Origin: Octopus vulgaris
Taxonomy: Eukaryota
Length of the DNA: 64,000 nucleotides
Assembly: GCA_951406725.2 (NCBI GenBank)
Contig: OX597824.1
Location: 28,396,001-28,460,000 of the forward strand
Direction of reading: 5' to 3'
Positions 28,545 through 42,150 of this stretch are shown one piece after another. Positions within the stretch are counted from its first letter, which is position 1. The number at the start of each line of letters is the position of its first letter. A model generated the notes under the pieces. It was not told the DNA's origin, did no database searches, and saw only the letters and a list, made by a program, of their open reading frames with translations. A program made the translations under genes and the position numbers.

Positions 28545-28890
28545 CATCACCAAAATCACAGTCGTCACCGTTCGGATCAGCATCATCATCATCATTATCA
28601 TCATCAGCATCACCCTCATCCTCATCATCATCATCATCGTCATCATCATCAACATCCTCATCATTATATTCGTCCTCGTTTCTATTATCATCATCATCAC
28701 GATCCTCATCAACATCATCTTCAACATCATCTTCATCAATAACAGCATCGTCATACTTATCCTTATTGTAATCTTCGTCGTTGTCATAATCGTCATCATC
28801 GTTATCATTATCATCATCGTCATCATCTTTATCACCGTTGTCATCATCATCGTCACCATCTTTATCATCGTTGTCATCATCATCGTCACC
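28545..28890. repeat. Degenerate (ATC)n low-complexity block
   Basis: Direct inspection; similar block at 6625-6920. Confidence 0.9.
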
Positions 28891-29218
28891 ATTTTACGTC
28901 TGTCGTCCTTTCTCGGATATGTTGGAGAATTTCGTATCCGTCCAAATGGGGTTTTTTTGGAGTCGCACTTTCTCTCTCGCTCTCTCTCTACTTAAGACGT
29001 TTCGGTGGACCACATATCACGGTATTTACGGCTGTAGCCCCTGTCTCACACTAATCAATTTACCGAATGTCCAGGGTCTGATTTTCTCGTGTGCGCCAGA
29101 ACAAGGGCTTTCATCATGCCATGAGCTAGACTAACGACTTCATTCGGCATTATTTCCTATCTACAACTTTCGATAGCAAATTTACGTCGCTATAAGCTGT
29201 GCTTCGTGATTTGTAAGA

Positions 29219-29843
29219 CTAGTGTGCGTATACCCCTATTTTGAGGGGGCAGCATGTTTTGCCTTTGTAAAACTTACCACAGTTGCATGGCATGGAGTAC
29301 ACGCAGTTCTTGGTCATATTTTCTTCTATTGGTGGCTTTACTCGAAGGAGATATTTCCGAAGTGTTGTATTATTTTTGAATACTGTCTTGATGTCATATG
29401 GGCCGCATATCTTCTGTATCTTTGCGGAGAGGCCTTTTACATAGGGTAGACATAATGTGGACAGTTTATCGGTTTCATCCTCTCTTTTCTTCATAATTGG
29501 AGTAGATAGTACGTTTCTGGGGTAGTTGTGCTTAATAGATTGTTACTTAGTTTGATCATTTCTCAGTGGTGGTTATCACGATCGCTAATTATTTTCAGTG
29601 CCAGAAGTTTTTAGGCACTGAGCACTCCCTCTCTTTACACTGTATGGATGGTGGGAGTTGAAGTTGAGGTATCGGCCAGTGAAGGTCCGCTTGCGGTAAA
29701 CGGATGTCCTGAGTCCATACTTGGTGCGTGTTATTAATACGTCCAGGAATGCCAGCTGATTGTCTTTATTCTTTTTCCATTGTGAACTATATGTTTGGGT
29801 TTATTGAGTTCACATGATCTAACAGCATTTGGACATCTTCCTA
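29219..29843 (-). pseudogene. Penelope-like element fragment: RT thumb + N-terminal part of GIY-YIG endonuclease
   Basis: Minus strand NSINPNI*FTMEKE / QLAFLDVLI...TSVYRKRTFTGRYLNFNSHHP..VKRGV, then LPYVKGLS...CVYSMPCNCGKFYKGKT; stops and frameshifts. Confidence 0.85.
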
Positions 29844-31059
29844 GTATCGTGGTAGAGATTTTTAGATAATCCATTCTAATTTTGGTACAATATCAACAAG
29901 TTTAAGAGGAAGAAGCAGGCCAATTACATTGACATTTTACTCATATCGAAGGATGAATGGTAAAGTTGACCTCACCAGGTTTTGAACTCAGGGTTTAAAA
30001 ACAAAAAAACTAGGTAAAATATCGCAATGAGAGTAGCCCTCATTCAGCGGATTGCATTCATTGAATTTCATCGTCGAAAATGATTAGCATTAATTTCTGC
30101 AGCCATTAAACCTGGTTACGTAAGACCACATAATTATTATCATCCAAATCATCTATACATCACCGATGGTTCATTGATTCCAATATCTTAGCTTAGAATC
30201 TGTGAGTTTCATTACGTAGAGCAATACAAAAATGGCTGATATTTTAGAGCAGCGAATAAAATGCCTCGCGCTATTCTTTCTATCAATATTGTCTTTCATC
30301 CAGTCGGAATCAGTGAATGGAGAGTCAAACCTGTACTCGGCGTCTTTTTCTTTCTGATATTCTGCCTCTCTGTCTCAATCCTTCGGAAAGAAATAGACTC
30401 AGTCAAAATCCATGGAGGAATGACTTTGCCATGTTTAACAAAACAGCATGTTAAGGTATATAATCTTGAGAGCTCAAGACAAGGTAATGCAAACCAAGGC
30501 ATCTGTGGGTGTGTATATGTATGTATGCATCAAAATGAACATTTCCAAATATAACACTATATAACAATATATATATATATATTATACAGAGAGAAAGAAA
30601 CATACATACATACATGCATACATACATAAACACTCATATATACATGCATACATACACACATACATATCTATCAATCCCTCTTATCTCTCTCTCTATACAT
30701 ATATAAGTGTGTATGTATGTGTGAATGTGTGTGCGCGCGCGCGTGTGTGTGTAAAAAGAGAGTGAGAGAGAGAAATAGGTATGCATACAGACAGTCTGGC
30801 GAATTGATAGATCGCTTCGCCGATCTATCGATAGATAGACGCAGTAAAAGATATATATATATATATATATATATCGGGAAGGTTTACGAAAATATATATA
30901 TATACATATATACATATATATGAAGAGAGAGAGAGAGAAGGGGAGAGAAGGTGAGAGAGAAAAATATGGAGAGAGAGAGACAGAGACAGAGAAATAGACA
31001 TATAAACATACATACAGAGAGATAGATACATAGTGAGATAACTACGTGCCTGCAAACAA

Positions 31060-31094
<35 letters not shown>

Positions 31095-31153
31095 TACATA
31101 CAGGCATACAACCATATATATACACATTTATATACATGCACGTGAGCATCACA

Positions 31154-31198
<45 letters not shown>

Positions 31199-31579
31199 CC
31201 ATTTACTATTCGTTCGGAAAAAGCTGACCAAAATCATAATTACTGCCACGTAGTCAGATCGTTCGGAAAAACCAGTTAGGTCGAGAAGAATGAAATTATG
31301 GTAACATTTTAGATTTAATTAAGATCTCAGTATGTGATGATGTTGCTTGCGAGTCGTGTCGGGTATGTTGCGGCGGAGTGGGTGAGCGGCGTATATATGG
31401 GAGGTGATAAGATGCTGTGGACTGCGTGAATGGAGGCGGTTAGGTTTCAAGAAAACGACTTGCACTAATTCAATAGAGATGCAAACGGAGTTAATGGTTT
31501 GGTTAAACTAGACGAAGAACTTGAGACTCTTCTGGAAGATATCTGAATGCGTATGTATGAATGAATGTGTATATGCATA

Positions 31580-31632
<53 letters not shown>

Positions 31633-31849
31633 ACACAGACACAGAGATACACATATGTGTGTGTGTATATTATATATATATATGTGTGTATTATTTTTTA
31701 CCGTGTCTGGATGCGTGTGTTTGTGTGTGTTTGTTTGTGAAGATGAGTGTTAAGAAAGCAGGAAGAATAATTTTCCGTGATTTATATCAATTAGCGAGAG
31801 AGACAAGGGTGAAGGAAGCAAAAACGGAAATGGCCTGCTTCTTGGAGGA

Positions 31850-32515
31850 GGAGGTGACGGTGATAGCGGCGGCGGCGGCGGCGGCGATGGCGGCGTTGGT
31901 TGTCGTGGTGGTTGTGGTGGCGGTAGCAGCTGGGTAAGCGGTTCTGGCAGCGGTGGAGGCGGTGGCAGAGGTTGTGGTGATGGTGGCGGTAGCAGCTGGG
32001 GAAGCGGTTCTGGCAGTGGTGATGACGGTGGCAAAGGTTGTGGTGGAGCTGGTGACGGCGGCGGCGGCGGTGTATGCGGTTGTGATATTCTTGTTGATGT
32101 TGATTGGTGATGTTTGTGGTGGAGGTGGTGGTGATGCTGGTGGTGGTGGTGATGGTGGCGTGGTTATGGTGGTGGTGGCGGCGGCGGTGGTAGATGAGGT
32201 CGTGGTGCTCTTGTTGATGGTGATTGGTGATGTTGTCGTGGTGGAGGTGGTGGTGGTGGTGGTAATGGTGGCGTGGTTATGGTGGTGGTGGCGGCGGCGG
32301 CGGCGGTAGATGAGGTTGTGGTGCTCTTGTTGGTGGTGATGGGTGGTGGTGGTGATGGTGGTGGTGGTGGCGGCAGCGGTGGATGAGGTTGTGGTAATTC
32401 TTGGTGGTGATTGGTGGTGGTGGAAGTGTGGTGGTGGTGGTGGAAGTGTGGTGGTGGTGGTGGTGGTGGTGGTGGTGGTGGTGGTGGTGGTAGTGTTGGT
32501 GGTTTTTGGTGGCGC
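31850..32515. repeat. (GGT)/(GGC)-rich low-complexity block with higher-order repeats
   Basis: Unit GTGGCGTGGTTATGGTGG...TAGATGAGGT.GTGGTGCTCTTGTTG at 32155 and 32268; GGCGGTAGCAGCTGGG.AAGCGGTTCTGGCAG at 31919 and 31985. Confidence 0.85.
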
Positions 32516-32675
32516 GATGGAAAGGTAGAGAGAATTGTGGCGGCGAGACATCACGAAACAAGATGGATGAGAGGTAAAATTGTGGATGTTTGAGAAAAAG
32601 CAGAAGGGAAACATGGCCGCATCAACGAAAGAAAGAAAATCGGGTGGGGGGTGGGCACGAGGGATAGCAATCGTG

Positions 32676-32730
<55 letters not shown>

Positions 32731-33079
32731 GGGGGCAGAAGCAGTGTAAAAAGTGAGTAGTGACGAAGAAGGAGATGGGCGTTTGAGTAACGGTGAATAA
32801 TGAGTGAGAATAAGGTTGGTGGGTGTAGTGGAAGGCGTATGAGAGAGCGAGAATGAGAGACGAAAATATAGAGTGGAGAAAATATTCTATGAAAGGTAAA
32901 TAATATTGCTGTTCAAGGAAAGATATATGGAGAGATTTAATCGTTAAGAGAAACAATTACATATGCGTGTGTATGTGTCTGTGTGTGTGTGTGTATGTAT
33001 TTGTATTTATGTATGTGTATAAAGAACAACATATATGCATTTGCATATAAGCACATACACACACAAATATAAATAAACG

Positions 33080-33306
<227 letters not shown>

Positions 33307-33325
33307 CATACATATATATATAAAT

Positions 33326-33444
<119 letters not shown>

Positions 33445-34115
33445 GTATATCGATAGAAAAAGACTGAGAATATAGAAAGGAACAGTGATGCAAAGAACTA
33501 ACGGAATAATAAAAAAAGAAAGACGTTAAAAAGGAGAGAGGTGTAATGACTTAAATGAGAAAAGAGATGTCGAGGAAGAGAGGAAGAGATAGTGTGTCTG
33601 TTTGTGTGTGTGTGTGTGAGAGAGAGAGAGAAAGAGGAGTATAGAGGGTGAGAGAACTGACAAAACGTATAGAAAGTGAGAACGATGGAGACTGAATGAA
33701 GATAGAGAAATAGGTGCGCTAGGAAGGGAAACATAGTGAAGGGCTAGATATATGAATAAGGTTAGGTGTTGTGTGTAAAATGGTAATAAAGGGGAACGTA
33801 AGAGTGGTTAGGGGAAGTTTGAAGCATTTCTTGGAGAAAGAAGTCGAAACAGGCGCAGGCGTGACTGTGTGGTAAGAAGCCTGCCTCTCGACATTGTGGT
33901 TCCGGGTTCAATCCTACTGTGTGGCACCCTGAGAAAGTGTCTTCTATTATAGCCTCGAGATGAATATAGCCTTGAGAGTGGATTTGATAGACGGAAACAT
34001 AAAGAACCCCGTCATATATATATATATATTTATATAAAATTAAATTTAGGGTAAAAATTGATATTTATCAATTAGAACCAGTGGTCTAGCATATTAAAGA
34101 AAGAATCCGAAGATT

Positions 34116-34183
<68 letters not shown>

Positions 34184-34330
34184 TAGTTGAATGAATTATC
34201 CTAGTATGGATAATTCGGTTAACCGATACCCGGGTTGCAAATTCACGTCAGAAAACACGGTTGAAGCTACATGCCAAGGGCAGAAATCACGTGCTTTCGT
34301 GTGGAAATTTGTGTTTTTTTTTACTATAAA

Positions 34331-34597
34331 TAAATGAAAGAATGGAGTTGAACGACGATTTAACAAAATTCCTTTATTGTCGACATATGTTTCGAAGATT
34401 GCATATTCCTAATTCCGAAGGAATAAAGGGTGCATTATGCCACCTTCTCATCAGGAATTTAACTTATAATTTAACTCCTGATGAGAAGGCGGCATAATGC
34501 ACCCTTTATTCCTTCGGAATTAGGAATATGCAGTCTTCGAAACATATGTCGAGAATAAAGGAATTTTGTTAAATCGTCGTTCAACTCCATTCTTTCA

Positions 34598-34601
<4 letters not shown>
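34331..34601. mobile_element. Near-perfect foldback (about 125-bp arms) of a Penelope-like terminal repeat
   Basis: 34331-34456 is the reverse complement of 34476-34601 with few mismatches; abuts (TA)n. Confidence 0.85.
34475..34553 (+). ncRNA. Minimal type I hammerhead ribozyme motif
   Basis: CTC-CTGATGA-GAAG...CTTC-GAAA-CATATG-TC-GAG: stem I CTC/GAG, stem II GAAG/CTTC with a long insert, palindromic stem III, followed by AATAAA. Confidence 0.75.
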
Positions 34602-34652
<51 letters not shown>

Positions 34653-35063
34653 GATACAGAACGTCACAAACAGTAAACAATATGACAAACGAAAACAAAT
34701 GAGTTAAATACACAAATAAAGAGAGAAGACAAAAGGACAAGTAATACAAAGAATGACCCTTCATCAGTTGTCGGCTGTCTATCTACTCCTCATTTCGCTC
34801 AGTCAACGACAATATGAGTCTTCGAAGACAGCTACTCACTTAAAAACCAAAATTATATTTGGGATTAATGGACGGTGAAAGTTAGGAACAAAAACAGGAC
34901 AGTGGAGACATACAGGGAAATCGAACGAAAACAAACATGGAGAATCGTTAGAGCTGAACGAGGGGGAAATAATGAACGCTGAGAGAAATACTTTCTTTGA
35001 AAAGACAAAAAATAGAAGAGAGAGGTAGGAGACGTCCAAAATAGATAGATATGTATGTATATA

Positions 35064-35335
35064 GTTCTATATTTAAGAGATGAGGAATTATGTGCATTTT
35101 TTATATCATTTACATTGGACGGATATTTGTCCTCATCTTGTTTGCTGTTAACTCAACGTATCGGCTGATGTACCCTCCAGCCTTCGTCAGGTGTTTTGGA
35201 GAAATTTTGAACCTTGGTTCTCATTCCTAAGGCAGTTTTCGACGTTAGTAGTAGTATTAGTAGTAGTATGAGAGCGGGCTACTAACCCCAAGATTCCGAG
35301 TTCGATTCCAAGAGGTGACCTGAACAATAATAATA

Positions 35336-35392
<57 letters not shown>

Positions 35393-35593
35393 TTATAATA
35401 ATAATAATAATAATAATAATCATTAATAATAATAATAACATCGAAGAATACCTTAGAAATGAGAACCCAGGTTCCAAATTTCCTCAAGACACCTAAAGAA
35501 GGCTGGAGGGTATGTTAGCCGAAATTTTGTGTTAACAACGAACAAGATGAGGACAAATATCCGTCCAATGTAAATAATGTAAATAATGCACAT
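35064..35593 (+). mobile_element. Foldback element: inverted terminal repeat + tRNA-like segment + (AAT)n + hammerhead-bearing terminal repeat
   Basis: 35090-35245 is the reverse complement of 35436-35593; tRNA-like 35270-35323 with GAGTTCGATTCC; HHR-like motifs at 35151-35194 (-) and 35489-35532 (+). Confidence 0.7.
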
Positions 35594-36075
35594 GTATGCA
35601 TGTATTTGTGAGTGTCTGTGTTTGACCCCGCCCAGCCATGGCTTGTTAACCGAAGCTAGTGTGTTTATGTCACCGTAATTAGCGGTTCGGCAAAAGAGCC
35701 CAATAGAATAAGTACTAGGCTTACAAAGAATAAGCCCTGACCCCGATTTCTTCGACTAAAACGCTTTAAGGCGATCCTCCAGCATTTCACTGAAATAAGT
35801 AAAAGAATAAAGAAAGGGAGAGAGAGAGTGAAAGAAAGTGAAAGACAGATAAAGAGAGAGTAGGAGGTAGATAGTAGCGTGGTAAGAAGAAGAGGATGAG
35901 AGAGCAAGAAAGTGTTAACGAAGATTGGGTAACAGAGAGAGCCTAAATATGTGGAGCTATGTGTTTACGCGTGTGTTTGTGTATAGGTGTGAGGGTAGGG
36001 CAAAGAAATTAGGAAAACGAGCCTGACGAAGAAAGACAGTACAGAATCGATATAGCGTACCTGTTGTGTGCCGTA

Positions 36076-36240
36076 GGCGCAGGAGTGGCTGTGTGGTAAG
36101 TAGCTTGCTAACCAGTCACATGGTTCCGGGTTCAGTCCCACTGCGTGGCATCTTGGGCAAGTGTCTTCTGCTATAGCCCCGGGCCGACCAATACCTTGTG
36201 AGTGGATTTGGTAGACGGAAACTGAAAGAAGTCTGTCGTA

Positions 36241-36308
<68 letters not shown>

Positions 36309-36522
36309 TGTGTCTGTGTTTGTCCCTCTAACATTGCTTGACAACCGATGCTGGTGTGTTTACGTCCCCGTCACTTAGCGGTTCGACAAAAGAGACCGAT
36401 AGAATTAGTACTGGGCTTACAAAGAATAAGTCCCGGGGTCGATTTGCTCGACTAAAGGCGGTGCTCCAGCATGGCCGCAGTCAAATGACTGAAACAAGTA
36501 AAAGAGTAAAAGAATAAAAGAG
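36076..36522 (+). mobile_element. SINE group A, full length
   Basis: GGCGCAGGAGTGGCTGTGTGGTAAG head through GACTGAAACAAGTAAAAGAG tail. Confidence 0.9.
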
Positions 36523-36715
36523 TATATGTGTGTGTGTGCGCGCGTTTTTGTGAGTGTGTATATATGTGTGTATATATGTGTGTATATATGTTTGTGTGTT
36601 TACCTTTTTGTGTGTGTGTATATATGTTTGTGTGTTTACCTTTTTGTGTGTGCGCTATTCTGCATGTAACAGACATGCATACACACTCACATATACACTT
36701 ATACACACACACACT

Positions 36716-36777
<62 letters not shown>

Positions 36778-37771
36778 CACACACACACATAAACAACAAT
36801 CTCTCGTAAGCAGCAAAAGAGAAATGACTGAGAATGGAACCGTACAGAATGACTGCAGAATAGTGAAAGCGAATGAAAAAGGAGAGTAAGTTACTTGGAC
36901 AGAGAAGAAAAGGGGGAGAGGCAAAAAAGGGGGAGAGCCGAGACAAGAGAAAGTGACAGACAAAGAGACAGACATTTGTTTAATTATCCGGAAATGTGTT
37001 TTCACCGAGTAGACCGATGCTCAAAGTTTTCCCAGCGTTGACTTTCCTGTGTTTATTGAACGAAGTCTGATCAAAAAGTAGTGGGCTTGTTGCTACATTT
37101 GCATTCATATATCATATATGGCTTCACAACGTCCATCTCTTGTCATGGAAGCTAACAGCTCGTACACCTACTTTTTGTTCTTTTATCTTTAAGTATTTTG
37201 CTTGTACGTTATAGTTCGTAGTTTTAATATTTAAATATTTTTCTAGCTTATTTCGTTATTATCTAACATTTTATGCCGTGTAATTAATTCTAAATATTTT
37301 CTAACGTGTCTAATACTTCGGGTTTGTACTTTCACCGATTTCTTTTGGTGCGAAGGATTGTTTAGTTGCATTTGAATATGATTTAGATCGGTGAGTTTAG
37401 AATACGACAGGTTTTCTGCATTTCCTGTAAAACCGGTGAAATTTTAGTATAGAAATAAAAGATTAAGATGCTTATTGTACCTATAATGTTAATCTTATTT
37501 TTGTGAGGAATCCGTTCAGTTTAAATATTAATCTCGTTCTTCTGCAATGCATTGTTTTATCATCTAAATTGGTTTTGTATGTTATGTGATTGAAGCTCAG
37601 AAAAGTTAGCTATTCAGAAAGACACAGAGATCGTTACTTCTCTTAAACATTTATTAGTATCATGTTGTCAAAATTTTCCTCCTGGAAACTGCAACTTATT
37701 CACTGCATAAAAGCATGTGGCAATTTCGAGCGACGAAAATTTTAACACCATAATACAAAATAAATTTTGTA

Positions 37772-38063
37772 TGGAGGCACATGGCCTAGTGGTTAGAACA
37801 GTGGATTCGCGGTTCGAAGGATCGTGGGTTCGAAACTCAGACCGGTCCATGTGTGTGTTTATGAGCGAAACGCCTAAGCTCCACGCGGCTCCGGCAGAAG
37901 GTAATGGCGAAATTCTGCTGACTCTTTCGCCACAACTTTCTCTCACTCTTTCCTCTTGCAGCGTACCTACGACGAACCGGCGTCCCGTCCAGGTGGTGAA
38001 CCTATACACCAAGGAAACCGGGAAACCGGCCCTTATGAGTCAGGCATGGCTCGAGAAGGAACA
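37772..38063 (+). mobile_element. SINE group B (head 1 + tail 3)
   Basis: Head with GCTCCACGCGGCTCCGGCAG; tail GGCGTCCCGTCCAG...GAAACCGGCCCTTATGAG. Confidence 0.75.
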
Positions 38064-38593
38064 AATAAATGTTTTAGAAAAGTAATCATCTTTGTGCGTT
38101 TCTGAGTGGCTAACTTATGTTTCCCAAGCTGCGCTCGTTTTAGTTTCAACGCACAATCTGAAATCAAAGCTCTTTCTATAGAGGCACATCTCTGTAACTT
38201 ATAACCCAAGTCCTAATTTGTAAGCTAAATCATGAGAGCTCTAAATTAATTCTACCGTTGTTTGTTTTCTCTAAATCACGGATTTCTTTCTATTCATAGA
38301 ACTCAATATTTCCGGTTTAAGAAATTTGCATCCCCTTAGATCAGATTTATCTGATCTGTCTTATTCCATAATCATTTGAGTATCACTAACCAATCAATGC
38401 ACAACTGTGTTCCATCCGTTTCCGTTTTCTTTTATAAAGTTGATTTACGTTTTTTTTTTCATATATTATAAAAAAGATGGATAGATATAATAGAATTTTT
38501 CATATGTATGATCTCGACTGGATTGTGAATAGAATATTGGGTTTCAGCGAAAATTTTCTTATCCCATGTACATAACATGACTGTTATTGCCTA

Positions 38594-38945
38594 CTAGCAG
38601 TATCGCCCGGCGTTGCTCGGGTTTGTTTCGACTCTTTAGAATTGGAATTTTTCATAAGTAAAAATTTTGCATTATGTAGTTTGTTACTCTCTTTAAGTGA
38701 ACATTTTTCTGGTTGAAATACACCGAAAAATGGCGACACAACAGTCAAAAAATCGTTAAAAAATAGGGATTTTCATAGAAAAAAAGCACCTTTTTGATTA
38801 AATAATTTTTGGTGTTAACATGGTCCTTCTTCTATAATACTCTCAATTTTGGTCAACTTGCACCACAGGGTCTCGGAGAAGATAGTGTTAGTTGAAGGCT
38901 ACCAAACATGCCATACACAGACAACTTCAGCTTTATATATAGAGA
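38594..38945 (-). mobile_element. Non-autonomous Helitron
   Basis: Minus strand starts TCTCTATATATAAAG and ends with hairpin CCCGAGCAACGCCGGG plus CTAG, followed by T; no TIR or TSD. Confidence 0.8.
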
Positions 38946-40444
38946 AATTTACAATGTAAAGTCATTGGTGTTTTCAGTTGACAATTATTAGTTGATTACA
39001 ACCTCAGGTTTGGAACTGTTTTCTTTATGCACGATTGTCTATAATAGCAACCAGTGTGCAATTCTTTTTATGGTAATAAACGCTTCTCCCGGCTATTTTT
39101 ATACCTCATTTCTGCTACCTTTTAAAAATACATAATTTTTGCAGTAAGCTTCCCTCGTTTCTACACATCTTACGATATCGTTACTTCTTGGTTGATAAAA
39201 TATTACTAATCTATTCCATTTTAGCAGTCGATCTGTTCGTGAATACATAGCAAAAGTTATAATATTGAAAATAGTTTTATCAGATTTTTTTATGAATTTC
39301 TTTTGCTGCCTTGTTTGTAACAAACAAAATATAGAGCCATGTCTATCTAGAAATTCTTTCAATGCAACATGTTTACCAAAATCTGGGTTATTTATAAATA
39401 ATGAGAATTCTTTCAGCTTACGGCCGTCTTGATTATGTTGGCAAATTCCCGGTTAGCTTATGCTCAGCTATTCTTTCAGAATTATTGTGTCCTTATCCAT
39501 TTTTACATCGTCGTATATTTTGTCAGAATTTGCGCTCCCAATATTCTTGCACTTATTGTAAATTGTTCTATTCTCTTTTTATTGATGTTTCGTTGGGGTT
39601 TGTAACTACCGTACTTTATTGAACTTCATAAAATCTGATGGGAGAAAACCTTACTTATTCCGTAGCTCCTTATCTACCATGCCTTTGCTAGGATCACTAG
39701 CTTTAATTATTTCTCTCCCTTCAAGCACTTCTTTCTTTTCTTAATATGTTTCCTTAATATTCCTTCTCTCACCGCATTTTTTTTTTCTTTTCTTTTTCGT
39801 GTCAGACCTCTCCCTTTAATATTTCGTGAAGTAACAGTAGCTGTCCTTTTTTTTCTTTCACTTGTCAATATTCATTGTATATTTTCTTTCCATTGTTGTT
39901 TCCCATGCTTGCTAGAAAGATGACTAATTTCACTAAGGTCGAACCCAGTTTTTGTTCCATACTTCCATTGTTGCTGATTAAATTATATTTAGTCTGCTTA
40001 TACCTCGGGCTGCTTCTCTGGAAATAATAACACATCAGCGGACGAGGTTAGCTACTGTGCTTGGGATTAGACGGTTTTTATTCGCAGATTGGTTTGATAT
40101 TTCAGAGATCAATATCGACGGATATTTTGCGATCAATTTGCCAACACACATTCGTCCCTACAGGTTTTTCATGTTGTTGACATACTTTATCGTATGTATG
40201 TCAATAATGCCATTCTCTTTATTAGTTTCATTTTCGTCGAAGGGATATTTCTCTATGGTAAGGAAATCAAAGAATTGTTTTCGTAATACCTTGTATATTT
40301 ATCATACATGTTTGAAGAATTGCTTTCGTTTTGCGTTGGTACATATAATTTTTTTACCTCCTCTGTTTCGATTATTTCGGTTTTGTTTTTCGTTTGCAAG
40401 ATTCTTTATACGAAATCGTGTGTTATAAATAACGAAATCGTGCT

Positions 40445-40610
40445 TACTGAATTATATAGTACGCGAGAACCTCTCATATGGACTTGTGATGCCTATAAGC
40501 ACTCGTCTTTATATCGCTAGCGTGAAATAATCGTACTCCTCCAAACACGAGTGCTGGTGTGCACCAAAAGTTCATATGAGAGGTTCTCTCTTGCTAAATA
40601 ACGCAGTATT
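40445..40610. repeat. Foldback / MITE-like inverted repeat
   Basis: GAGAACCTCTCATATGGACTT / AAGTTCATATGAGAGGTTCTC and AGCACTCGT / ACGAGTGCT. Confidence 0.6.
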
Positions 40611-40889
40611 TTGTGTTCTAACGCAACAGCCACTTTTAAATGGGGACAAATGTTACTTTTTGGTTTTAATACTGCTTCTGTCGCTATTAGTTATATTTTG
40701 TTGTATGTCAGGAGATTATCTCTGTTAGTAATAAACACACGCACGGTCCCATTTCACTTCAATTATTATTATTGATCCATTAGTTAATCATTTAACAAAA
40801 TTAACTGTTTTATTAATCGTTCGGTAATCAACCAATCGGTTATTGTTATCAAACTTCTTTCGTCGCCATACACCTTATGTATGGGGGAA

Positions 40890-41145
40890 TAGTATCTTCA
40901 GAAGTGAATTAATGAATACTGCAGGAAAGGATTGCAAAGAGGATTCTTCAAGCCTAGCTAACTGGCATGAAGACTAGGGGCAATGTACGGGCGAGATTCT
41001 TGTATATATTTCCATAATATCATTTGCCACACTTGAGAATGCAACTTCAAAGTGTAATGACGATTGCTTTTGACAGGACCCTATGGAGGAAGTGTCTGTG
41101 GACTCTATCCCCATGACCTTTCTAGGAATAGTGGGTGCTAAAAAT
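40890..41145 (+). mobile_element. Highly degenerate 3' remnant of an RTE-like LINE
   Basis: Translation ERIAKRILQA*LTG..RG...AFDRTLWRKCLWTLSP resembles RTE-clade C-termini. Confidence 0.4.
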
Positions 41146-41227
41146 GGCTGAATGAAATTTAGATACATGTTTAAAGTTAAGATATCTTACATATTGGTTT
41201 TGCTCTGCTAAGACTAGTTTTGCTAAG

Positions 41228-41354
41228 ACTGGCACTTATTCTATCGGTCTCTTTTGTCGAACCGCTAAGTTACGGGGAGGTAAACACACCAGCATCGGTT
41301 GTCAAGCGATATTGGGGATACAAACTGACACACAGACATATACACGCACACCCG

Positions 41355-41404
<50 letters not shown>

Positions 41405-41568
41405 CATGTACTACGGGCTTCTTCCAGTTTCCGTCTACCAAATCCACTAACAAGGCTTTGGTTGGCCCGAGGCTATAGTAGAAGACACTTGCCCAAAGTG
41501 CCACGCAGTGCAAATGAATCTGAAAGCATGTGTTTCGTAAGCAAGCTACTTACAACACAGCCACTCCT
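41228..41568 (-). mobile_element. SINE group A
   Basis: Reverse complement of the group A copy at 36076. Confidence 0.8.
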
Positions 41569-41624
41569 ACATATAGATGAATATATGCGTATACATGTAC
41601 ACATTTATGTATAAGTATATATAT

Positions 41625-41667
<43 letters not shown>

Positions 41668-41669
<2 letters not shown>

Positions 41670-41703
41670 AAATTTTCTTTCGAAAAAAATCTTATCCTAC
41701 ATT

Positions 41704-41759
<56 letters not shown>

Positions 41760-42142
41760 CTAATGTAGGATAAGATTTTTTTCGAAAGAAAAAAATTTTA
41801 TCAATGGCCAGCATATTAAAAAATACCTTTAAAGGTTAAATTTATAAATAACTTATAAAATAAGGGCAAGAGAAAAATTCTAATGCCAAATATGCCGAAA
41901 AAAAGACAAAATTGTCAATAACCATTATAATTTATGCGTCACAAAACATTCTAAAAATTTCTAAAAAATTCCGTTATAACCTTATTGGTCCCAATTTCGG
42001 GGTTAATTCATAAGAATTTTCCCCTCGTCAGCGATTAATACGTAAGACATAAATGGAATACTTACTCATACCCATGGTATTTGTCTTTTAGTCGGCATAT
42101 TTGGCATTAGAATTTTTCTCTTGCCCTTATTTTATAAGTTAT
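41668..42142 (-). mobile_element. Double-foldback Penelope-like remnant in (TA)n with hammerhead core
   Basis: IRs 41668-41705/41760-41798 and 41848-41910/42081-42142; minus strand CTGACGA-GGGG...CCCC-GAAA at 41995-42031. Confidence 0.65.
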
Positions 42143-42150
42143 ATATATAT

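Noticed and set aside
28985-29125. Hammerhead or SECIS downstream of the Penelope-like fragment
   Set aside because: Only GAAACGTC and a distant TGATGA are present on the minus strand; stems could not be built, and no in-frame TGA pattern was evident.
31787-32956. 389-aa Thr/Pro/His-rich ORF (mucin-like appearance)
   Set aside because: Open because of (GGT)/(GGC) and (GAAA) simple repeats; overlapping frames are also open, and there is no domain or splice evidence.
39099-40428. Short ORFs in a microsatellite-poor stretch
   Set aside because: No motifs recognised; may be a very old transposon but cannot be classified by eye.
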